Shown here in pieces: positions 7,958-15,781 of a DNA stretch of 64,000 nt. A model generated the notes under the pieces. That model did not search any database. It was not told the origin of the DNA and worked only from the letters and a program-made list of their open reading frames with translations. Numbering within the stretch: the first letter of the stretch is position 1; the number at the start of each line of letters is the position of its first letter. Position numbers and translations under genes: made by a program. The stretch is from an uncultured virus (IMG/VR IMGVR_UViG_3300030106_003254). Lineage: Duplodnaviria; Heunggongvirae; Uroviricota; Caudoviricetes. Location of the stretch: the IMG/VR virus record IMGVR_UViG_3300030106_003254. The stretch is one strand, 5' to 3'.

Positions 7958-9685
7958 TTATTTCGTATATCTTTCCATTTGTTCTACATCAGTACCTAGA
8001 GGTAGTGACTTACACCACTCCGGCGGCTCAGACATAATTCTATCTATGTCCTCTGCGGCCTCTTTTGCATTATCCAAGTCAGCTTCAATCACCACCTCAT
8101 CGTGGACTCTCAAAACAACCCTGTGACCAGCTTTTCGGAGGGCAAGTACTCTATCCATAAAAACATCTCTGGCAAATGCCTGAGTAGCATTTTCAATCAA
8201 GGTTCCTTTCCAAAACCTCAATCTTTGCATCTTACCTCCTCTAGGTATTTCAGCAGATAGCCCTTTTTCAAGTTCTACCCGCCGATATTTCATGGTTCTT
8301 CCTGAAGGGAGTCCAATTTCATAGTCCCCTCCGTTCGATTCACGCATATCTCTTTCCATAGAAGCCCAAAGTTTTACCAACTCAGGCATCTTAGATCTGA
8401 AAGTACGTACCATTGAAGTGGCATCATCGTACTCAACACCAGTTATGAGTGAAAATTTGTTAGCAGACATCGCAAACTGACATCCTAGACACATCTGTTT
8501 CATTGTGTGCCTTAATGTTGGGTTTTGGATTTTGAGTGGTGCTGAGTCTTTATACATACCAAAAGCTCTAGCCTGCGCCTCATACCAGTCCATTCCCTGC
8601 CTCGCAAGTTCCAACATGTCGTCTTCACCCGCTAACCAAGCCGCACAACGTGCCTCAATTTGCGCTAGATCAGAAACTAGAAGGGTTTTACCCGCTCCAG
8701 CCCTCACACAAGACCTTAAATCGACCCCATACATACCACCTCTAGGTAAATTCTGCATATTAAACCCAGAATCACCACTATCTCTGCCCGTATGAGCTCC
8801 AAAATACTTCATTCCGTATGGGAGCCTGCCATTTTCTATCCTACCTCCCATTGTTTCAAACTTCTTTAGTAGAGAGTTAGCTCCCCTAAGATCGTGAGTC
8901 GCCTCAAGAACTTTACCCTCTTCCGGGTTATCTTTGATCCATTCAATAACTTCTGGATCAGTCTTTGCCATAGAAGCTGGAGGCTCTTTCCCCTGAGAGC
9001 GGCACCATGCAGACCATTCTTTTGGAGAAAGAGCTCCTGCCTGTGCTTCAGTCCACGGCAATACTCTAATAGAATCGCAAATCTTTTGAGAGAGTATTCC
9101 TATAGACTTATGAATTTCTTCTTCGTCTATAGGAACCCCATCCCAACACATCCTTGTGGTCTCTCTGGAGAGGTCTCGCTCCCACTCAGGCCACGATGAT
9201 TCATTCTCTTTCCATAGGCAAGCACACCCCTTAGCATCAAACAGGGCATATTTAGCGAGCTCTATCTTCTCTTCTTTATCTAAATCCTCAAACTGCCTAC
9301 CTTTCATGTTATCCCTGACTTCTTTAGACATGACCAAGCCAAGAGATTCTTTTAAGGATTCCTTTAACGATCTCGGATATCCTGAGTAAGCAGCCATATC
9401 TGCTGTGCAGTGCCACTCTTTAAATTTAGTTGGGGGAATGACGCCAGTGCTTATTAAATGATCATGCACTGGTTCGTCAAACCCCCTATTGTGTGAGAGA
9501 GCTATAACCCCCTCAAGTTTGTCCCAAGGAGCGTCCTTGGGATGCCCTACCCACGCAAAGTTGTCATCACAATATATTGATACCATGTAAGCATCGAAAT
9601 TGTCATGTTTTAAATAGTTCTGAAGACCGTCTGTAATTGTGCAGTCTTTATCATAGTATGTTTCGTAATCAATACCTGCGTACAT
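7958..9685 (-). CDS. polA: DNA polymerase family A with 3'-5' exonuclease
   Basis: Exo I IDYET, Exo II HNRGFD, Exo III YALFD; HTGR; motif A SDLAQIEAR, motif B RHTMKQMCLG, motif C VHDE. Confidence 0.93.
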   Translation of the reverse strand: MYAGIDYETYYDKDCTITDGLQNYLKHDNFDAYMVSIYCDDNFAWVGHPKDAPWDKLEGVIALSHNRGFDEPVHDHLISTGVIPPTKFKEWHCTADMAAYSGYPRSLKESLKESLGLVMSKEVRDNMKGRQFEDLDKEEKIELAKYALFDAKGCACLWKENESSWPEWERDLSRETTRMCWDGVPIDEEEIHKSIGILSQKICDSIRVLPWTEAQAGALSPKEWSAWCRSQGKEPPASMAKTDPEVIEWIKDNPEEGKVLEATHDLRGANSLLKKFETMGGRIENGRLPYGMKYFGAHTGRDSGDSGFNMQNLPRGGMYGVDLRSCVRAGAGKTLLVSDLAQIEARCAAWLAGEDDMLELARQGMDWYEAQARAFGMYKDSAPLKIQNPTLRHTMKQMCLGCQFAMSANKFSLITGVEYDDATSMVRTFRSKMPELVKLWASMERDMRESNGGDYEIGLPSGRTMKYRRVELEKGLSAEIPRGGKMQRLRFWKGTLIENATQAFARDVFMDRVLALRKAGHRVVLRVHDEVVIEADLDNAKEAAEDIDRIMSEPPEWCKSLPLGTDVEQMERYTK

Positions 9686-9744
9686 GGGTTAGCTACTTTA
9701 TCACGTTTCTAGATTTTTTAGATTATTAAATATTAATGTAAATC

Positions 9745-9826
9745 GACACTGGATGTTCAATGTAGGGAGAAATCCAAAGAAAAACTCCCTTGTCCGAGGC
9801 TCTCCCCCGACTCTATTTCCAGTGCC
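9745..9826 (-). ncRNA. structured RNA unit B (three-way junction), unknown family
   Basis: P1 GGCACTGGA/TCCAGTGTC, P2 GTC-GGGG/CCTC-G-GAC, P3 GGGAG/CTCCC; homologous to unit A with compensatory changes. Confidence 0.7.
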
Positions 9827-9839
9827 ATTTGGTTTTGGT

Positions 9840-9911
9840 GAACTAGATGATCACTCTAGGGAACCTAACTTCCCCTTGTCCAAGGATCTCCCTTGACTCT
9901 ACTTCTAGTTC
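9840..9911 (-). ncRNA. structured RNA unit A (three-way junction), unknown family
   Basis: P1 GAACTAGA/TCTAGTTC, P2 GTC-AAGG/CCTT-G-GAC, P3 GGGGAA/TTCCCT; same linkers as unit B. Confidence 0.7.
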
Positions 9912-9912
9912 G

Positions 9913-9971
9913 GGAGTGTTAAAAAACCCAAGGGAACAACAACGAAGCACCTTGGTAGAAAGAAACACTCC
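9913..9971 (-). other. stem-loop preceding the RNA units; possible terminator or processing signal
   Basis: GGAGTGTT/AACACTCC outer stem, CCAAGG/CCTTGG inner stem followed by GTTTTTT. Confidence 0.5.
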
Positions 9972-9980
9972 AAATTAATA

Positions 9981-10778
9981 TTACTTTATACTCTCGATAA
10001 ACTGGAGTTCATCTTCATCAAGTCTTCCTGATCTTTTCATAACAGGAGCAAACCAAGATACATCACCCTCGGTTCTTAACTTAGATGTGAAAGACCACGC
10101 TGTAGTCCAAACTCCACTACCTTTAGCAAAAGCTGCGTAAGTAGCTATCTCTTTAGCTGTTGGTTTATACGCTGACTTAGATGCAGTGTAAATAGCTAAA
10201 GCATAATAGTTGCCGTCGTTCTCGTAAGGGAACAACTCCAAAGCGTCTTCTTCAAGTCCTTCAGGAGCTTGAATCAACATTGTTATGTGAGCAATAGGTC
10301 TACAAAAGTTTGGAGAACCCCACTCAAGTGAGTAACCTGCGGTGTGAACCTCTTCTTCAGTGTTGAACACTTTAGGAAGCTCCTCAGAACCCCAAGCAAC
10401 ATCCTCTTGATACTGCTTCACCATATTTGTTACAATAACCCTCAAAGGTTTATCTTTAAGAGTTAGGGTAGCTTCTTTGTTTAGAACAATAGCTCCCGGA
10501 GTAAAACCTTCATCAACTAGTGCTGATGTCTTAGCAACAATGTTAATCCTAGGAAGGTTTATATCAGAAGCGTCAAACTCCCCAGCTAAACCAGCCTCGT
10601 TTAATTGTTGATCTGTTAGGGTCAACTCCCCCTTGTCAGAATCCTGTACTATAATAGCACCCTGATCCTCTTCAGTTACTGTAACCTCTACAACTTCCTC
10701 CTCTTTTTTAGAAGCTGCTTTCTTTGCCGGGCTCTTTTTACCCTTTTTTTCCATTTCTGCGAATGATGTTTTTGCCAT
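9981..10778 (-). CDS. putative single-stranded DNA-binding protein
   Basis: DASDINLPRINIV motif typical of phage SSB-like proteins; lies between nuclease and polymerase genes. Confidence 0.55.
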   Translation of the reverse strand: MAKTSFAEMEKKGKKSPAKKAASKKEEEVVEVTVTEEDQGAIIVQDSDKGELTLTDQQLNEAGLAGEFDASDINLPRINIVAKTSALVDEGFTPGAIVLNKEATLTLKDKPLRVIVTNMVKQYQEDVAWGSEELPKVFNTEEEVHTAGYSLEWGSPNFCRPIAHITMLIQAPEGLEEDALELFPYENDGNYYALAIYTASKSAYKPTAKEIATYAAFAKGSGVWTTAWSFTSKLRTEGDVSWFAPVMKRSGRLDEDELQFIESIK

Positions 10779-10805
10779 TTTATTTATATTTATTTTTATT
10801 ATTTA

Positions 10806-13274
10806 CTATTTTATTTCGGATAAGAACTGAGAATCTTTAGCGGTTTCAATAGCACCAAGTCTATGGAGCTCTGACATCACTTCTGATACCCTTTCTTTTT
10901 TCTTACCACGAGGGGTCTTATCAGACACCAGTTTCTCCAGTTTGCCAACTGGAAATTTTTCAATTCCTTCTAGGAAATCTTCTACGTCTACCATATCCTT
11001 AACAGCCCCGAAAGCGGCTAGTGCAGATGTAATAGATCTTCTACCTCTTCTTTCTTTAATTTCAAATCCCGGTATTTGTATACCATCCTCCATAGCCATC
11101 TTTTTAGCAGCATACTCAACTCCAGCAGCCCATTTACGTACTATAGGGACTGCCTTTAACATATCTGCAATAACTTTAGGGTCGGTGCAATCACTACCAT
11201 GAATGTCCTCAGGCATATCTAAAAAGTCTTTAGCTGAAGGAGCGTATTTCTTAGCGGTCTCTAAAGATAGTTTAGCTAAAGAAGGACAACGACCAGCATT
11301 TTTACAGTAGTTACATATCTTTAACTGAGGAATGAGTTCATTAGGGTCTGCGTCTGAAAAACACGCCCTAACTTTCTTGGCCCTCTTAATTACATTGGAT
11401 ATAGCGTGAACCACTTCATCCATATCTTTCCGTTCAAAAGTGTGGAACAATATTTCATCCCTGCGACAAGCTATAAAGTAAAAGTGTATTGTGTCTAACT
11501 GCGGAAACCTTTGAAAGGCACCTAAAGCATACGCCTTTGCTTGCCAGTTATCTTGAGGCTCATCAACAGCCATTTGACCAGTCTTATAATCAATTTGAAC
11601 TGCTTCAGTTCCGTTAACTGTAAGTCGATCACAAGTACCAAACGTCTCCTCACCTGTAAGCTTCATTGTAAGCCTAATCTCTTTATAGTCATCTAACTCA
11701 CCAAAGTTCTCTGAGTAGCCGTGGTTATCGAATATAGCCTCTTCAGCGTTTCTACAACCTTGAGCTAGGGAAGACTCATAGTCGTTTAAATTAGACCAAT
11801 CTCCGGTCTCTAACGCCTCATGTATCCTAGTCCCCATCTCTGCGGCAGGGTTAGTACCACTTTCACCTTCGTAACCGGGACAATGGGCGGACATTTTAAT
11901 CGAAGAAGGGCCATATTCAGCGTGAGCTTGCTCTTCATCGACGACAGTTTGCTTTTTATCTTCCATATTAGTAGTATTATATACGTCATTTTGCGAATGA
12001 AGCAACTTTAAATTTTCAATTTTTGTCATCATTGAATTAACTATGCTAGTTTCTATAGTTTTTTCAGCTACTAACACCCTCTGAACACTTTCAGACATTC
12101 CCCCCAAACGATCCACACGTCCTAAACATTGATGAAAGTCTTTAGCATTATACGTAGGACTTATTAGAGCTAATCTGGGAGACTCTCCTGTGGTATCATG
12201 TAAACTAACCCCAACACCACCCGCAGCAGTATTACAGAGGATTACTTTTACTTTACCAGTTTGGAAAGCTTTTATAGCAGAATCCCTCACATCTTTATTC
12301 TGGCCTCCCTGCACAAAAGTGTGGTTTTCTTTAAGCCTGCGGGACAAAGCGTCTATTGAATCAGTAAAGTTTAAGAAAACAGCTACAGCATTTCCAGCTT
12401 CCCTAGCCTCGGTAACCATATCAGCAATGTCAGGAACCTTCAAAAGCTCTATTTCCTGCCTTAACCGTAGTATTTTAGTTAAAACTATAGGTTCATCCCC
12501 ATCACCTTCTTTTCTAGCCTCTAGTTTTTCTATTTCAGGCTCTAATTCCTTAAAAAGGCTGTTTATTTTAGCTTTTTTGCCAAACCTAATGGGGTCTGTA
12601 ACTATCCTAGTCTTTTGAAAGTGTGTGCCTAAATCTTCTCTCGTAAGCTTATGCCCACGTTCTGGGTATATAAGTTTATTAAGTTCTTTTAATTTCCCCC
12701 TATTTCTTTCTGGAAAGTTTAAAGAGTTCCACCGATCAAACTCACAACCCCAATTTTGAGCCCAAGCCCAGAAGTTACTTAGACTATGTAAACTCAACGT
12801 AAACCCTAGAGCTCTCATCTCTCTAGGGTCTTCAGCAGCAGTAGCTGATAGCAGTAAAATCTTAAAACCCTGCTTTTTAGCTGCAATAAGCATATTAGCG
12901 TTCAATGTACGAGTCCCTTTAGCTTTGTGACACTCGTCAAACACCAATAAAACCTCTTTTGGGTCCAAATTTACCCATTTAAACGCTTTTTTACCTGCTT
13001 TTTTGATCCAATTAGTGTTCCCAGCCCTTAATTTCTCCCAATTATACACATTATAGTCACTTACACCTTGCTTGTCTAAAGTGTCTTCCCAAGAAGCTAT
13101 TACCGTTTTCGGGCAAACCACGAACGGGGTAAGAGCCATGGTTTTAGCAATTTCCACCGCTTTGAGCGTTTTTCCCGTGCCCGTGTCGGACGAATCGAGA
13201 GCGGCTCCGTGTTTTTTGAGGGCTTCAACGAGGGCTTTATGTGATTTTTTCTGAGCTGGATAGAGTGTTAGCAC
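10806..13274 (-). CDS. SNF2-like SF2 helicase fused to Cas4-like PD-(D/E)XK nuclease (DUF2800-like)
   Basis: DTGTGKT, DECH, SAT, QCLGRVDR helicase motifs; HAEYGPSS..CPG, GTRIHE, GTCD, IDYKTG, CNYCKNAGRCP nuclease/Fe-S motifs. Confidence 0.85.
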   Translation of the reverse strand: MLTLYPAQKKSHKALVEALKKHGAALDSSDTGTGKTLKAVEIAKTMALTPFVVCPKTVIASWEDTLDKQGVSDYNVYNWEKLRAGNTNWIKKAGKKAFKWVNLDPKEVLLVFDECHKAKGTRTLNANMLIAAKKQGFKILLLSATAAEDPREMRALGFTLSLHSLSNFWAWAQNWGCEFDRWNSLNFPERNRGKLKELNKLIYPERGHKLTREDLGTHFQKTRIVTDPIRFGKKAKINSLFKELEPEIEKLEARKEGDGDEPIVLTKILRLRQEIELLKVPDIADMVTEAREAGNAVAVFLNFTDSIDALSRRLKENHTFVQGGQNKDVRDSAIKAFQTGKVKVILCNTAAGGVGVSLHDTTGESPRLALISPTYNAKDFHQCLGRVDRLGGMSESVQRVLVAEKTIETSIVNSMMTKIENLKLLHSQNDVYNTTNMEDKKQTVVDEEQAHAEYGPSSIKMSAHCPGYEGESGTNPAAEMGTRIHEALETGDWSNLNDYESSLAQGCRNAEEAIFDNHGYSENFGELDDYKEIRLTMKLTGEETFGTCDRLTVNGTEAVQIDYKTGQMAVDEPQDNWQAKAYALGAFQRFPQLDTIHFYFIACRRDEILFHTFERKDMDEVVHAISNVIKRAKKVRACFSDADPNELIPQLKICNYCKNAGRCPSLAKLSLETAKKYAPSAKDFLDMPEDIHGSDCTDPKVIADMLKAVPIVRKWAAGVEYAAKKMAMEDGIQIPGFEIKERRGRRSITSALAAFGAVKDMVDVEDFLEGIEKFPVGKLEKLVSDKTPRGKKKERVSEVMSELHRLGAIETAKDSQFLSEIK
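11976..12005 (-). promoter_or_regulatory. internal sigma70-like promoter before the nuclease domain
   Basis: TTGCTT-18 bp-TATAAT, in-frame ATG at 11966. Confidence 0.55.
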
Positions 13275-13692
13275 CGTATAGAGCGATTAAAACTGCGTCA
13301 CAATTTTTTAACGTCCACTTTGTTTGAGGGAAGAATCTCCCAGCAGCGTCTTTTAGAGCAGCTTTTCTTTGTGTTTTTATTTTTACTTGAGGTAATCCTA
13401 GTGATTTTTGCCATTTTTGGGGTAAAACTTCGTGTAGAGGTATTTTTAATGTTCTTATTACACCTCGTTCAAATCCATAATTTTGAGCAAACTTCCATGT
13501 AGAAGCTACTCCCTGCCCCGGAAAAGCATTTACTTTTTCTATAAATGCAGCATCTATTTTTTCTTTAGACGCTTCTTCTAGGACATCTATAAAGTCCTGT
13601 TCTGTAGAGTAGTTATTAATTAACGTGGGGATGTCGTTTTCTAATATGACTAAAGCACCCCCTACTCCCGGATCAACTCCCAATATTCTCAC
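13237..13692 (-). CDS. RuvC-like Holliday junction resolvase
   Basis: ILGVDPG, FIEKV, GQGVASTWKF, PQKWQK, DAVLIA. Confidence 0.85.
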   Translation of the reverse strand: MRILGVDPGVGGALVILENDIPTLINNYSTEQDFIDVLEEASKEKIDAAFIEKVNAFPGQGVASTWKFAQNYGFERGVIRTLKIPLHEVLPQKWQKSLGLPQVKIKTQRKAALKDAAGRFFPQTKWTLKNCDAVLIALYGANTLSSSEKIT

Positions 13693-13948
13693 TTAGTATT
13701 ATAGGTATTAATTCTTTTACTGTTAATTTTCTTTCTTTTGCTATTTCTTCTAATTTTATTTGTGTCTCTTTATTTAATATAATTTTGTGTTGAAAAGATT
13801 CGCCTACTTTATTCTCAACTAAATCTGTAACTAGTTGACTTAAAGAACCTCCTGCATCAGCGGCATATTTTTTACCATTTTCTACAGTTTCTTTAGGCAT
13901 ATACAAAGTTACCTTTGTTGGTTGTTTAATGTTTCCGGATCTTGCCAT
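13673..13948 (-). CDS. ribbon-helix-helix DNA-binding protein
   Basis: TKVTLYMPKETVENGKKYA...SLSQLV pattern; ATG 13948 preferred over the track start at 13984. Confidence 0.65.
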   Translation of the reverse strand: MARSGNIKQPTKVTLYMPKETVENGKKYAADAGGSLSQLVTDLVENKVGESFQHKIILNKETQIKLEEIAKERKLTVKELIPIILSENIGS

Positions 13949-14000
13949 ACATAAGTATTTAATTCGTCTAAATGCACAAGGCAACTAGAAAGTTTAAAAT

Positions 14001-15752
14001 TTGCGTGTAAAGTTAAATGTGCCTATTAAAAAATACGGGTATCAATTTCCAATGGGAACCAATGAAGTTACTATGGAGCTTCATGCGTTTTTAAATGACC
14101 GGGGCCCCGAAAACGGGGGTTTAGGTCAGTTTGAACATTTTAGAAATGCAGCAGACCTTTTGTGGAATGACCCTCAAAAACCAACGTCTAGAAATTTTAT
14201 ATGGTCTCCTTGGGCAGAAGACATGTTGTACGAAGCTTGTGACAACCAGTATCTTTCTATAGCAGGATGTGCTTCTTCTGGAAAGTCAGACACTATGGCT
14301 TTGTGGGGGATAATTAATTATTTAGCAGATCCCTACAATACTTTGGTTATAGTAACTTCAACTACATTACGAGAAGCTCGAAGACGTATTTGGAAGTCTA
14401 TAACAGAGCTTTGGGCTGCGGTACACGGTCTACCGGGTAAAATGGTTCCTTCTTTAGGACAAATTAAAGGTTTATCGAAAGATGGGGGTTTTTGGGAATC
14501 TACAGGCATAGTCCTAGTACCAGCAGAAAAACGAAAAGAAAAAGAAGCTATAGGTAAACTTGTAGGTATTAAACAAAAGCGATTAATCTTAATTGCAGAC
14601 GAGCTCCCAGAACTACCAGAGTCTTTAGTTCACGCAGCTTATACAAACTTATCTACCAACCCACACTTTCAAATGATTGGTTTAGGTAACCCAAATAGTC
14701 ATTTCGATGCTTTTGGAGTGTTTAGTAAACCTAAGTTAGGGTGGGGTTCTGTTACCGAGCAGGATAATGAGTGGGAAACTTCTAGAGGTAAATGTATTAG
14801 ATTTAATGCTGAAGAAAACCCCAATGTATTAGCGGGTAAGAATATATACCCATGGATGCCTGACAGAGAAACTGTAGAGGCTGCAAAAAGAGATTACGGA
14901 GCCGACTCTCTTTTGTACTACAGGATGTATAAAGGGTTTTGGTGCCCCGACGGTATAGATAGTGGTGTTTATTCCGAAGCCGATTTAGTTAGAGGGGTTG
15001 CGTCGATGCCAGCTAAGTTTGATAAAACTCCGGTTAAAGTAGCCGCTATAGACCCATCATTCACAAACGGAGGAGATAGATCCATAGTATTCTTTGGTTC
15101 TTTAGGTGAACAAGATGGCGTACAAGTATTACAATTCGATTCCTACGAGGCTTTAACCGAAAACATTAATGACAGAAAAACACCTCGTTCTGTTCAAATA
15201 GCTAGAAAATTTAAAGATATTTGCGTTAAAAACGGTGTATTACCTGAAAACGCAGCTTGTGACGCTACAGGAGCTGGAGGACCTTTCCACGATATAGTTA
15301 GTGTAGAGTGGAGTGATAGAGTGTTACCTGTTAACTTTGCAGGTAAAGCTTCTGATAGACCTGTATCAGCTACAGATAAAACTCCCGGTAATGACAGATA
15401 TGCTAATAGAATGTCAGAGATATGGTACCAAGGACAAGAACTTTTAAGGTCTCAACAACTTAGAGGGATACCCACCGATTTAGCTAGGGAGATGGTAGGA
15501 CGTAAATATGAAACAAGCGGATCTAATTTAAAAATTAAAGTAGAGTCTAAAATAGATTATAAAAGCCGCATAGGTAAATCACCCGACATAGCAGATGCAG
15601 CCTTTATATTAGTAGACTTATGTAGGTCTAGGCACGGTTTTATGGGTGGAGAAAGGTTTGTTGTAAACAAAGATAGACAAAAAACTTGGTCAGACAAAAT
15701 GAGATCTTTAGACATAACTGCCGCTTCTAGTAGAACTCTCCTTGATACATAG
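14001..15752 (+). CDS. terL: terminase large subunit
   Basis: Walker A GCASSGKS, Walker B LIADE, LGNP, nuclease AAIDPS and SPDIADA; start codon uncertain. Confidence 0.9.
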   Translation: MRVKLNVPIKKYGYQFPMGTNEVTMELHAFLNDRGPENGGLGQFEHFRNAADLLWNDPQKPTSRNFIWSPWAEDMLYEACDNQYLSIAGCASSGKSDTMALWGIINYLADPYNTLVIVTSTTLREARRRIWKSITELWAAVHGLPGKMVPSLGQIKGLSKDGGFWESTGIVLVPAEKRKEKEAIGKLVGIKQKRLILIADELPELPESLVHAAYTNLSTNPHFQMIGLGNPNSHFDAFGVFSKPKLGWGSVTEQDNEWETSRGKCIRFNAEENPNVLAGKNIYPWMPDRETVEAAKRDYGADSLLYYRMYKGFWCPDGIDSGVYSEADLVRGVASMPAKFDKTPVKVAAIDPSFTNGGDRSIVFFGSLGEQDGVQVLQFDSYEALTENINDRKTPRSVQIARKFKDICVKNGVLPENAACDATGAGGPFHDIVSVEWSDRVLPVNFAGKASDRPVSATDKTPGNDRYANRMSEIWYQGQELLRSQQLRGIPTDLAREMVGRKYETSGSNLKIKVESKIDYKSRIGKSPDIADAAFILVDLCRSRHGFMGGERFVVNKDRQKTWSDKMRSLDITAASSRTLLDT

Positions 15753-15781
15753 GGTTCGTCGTGGCAAATTAGTAGATTATT

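Noticed and set aside
9836..9911. Unit A plus ACCA gives a 76-nt tRNA-sized molecule
   Set aside because: No cloverleaf, T-loop or anticodon arm, and unit B lacks CCA; not called a tRNA
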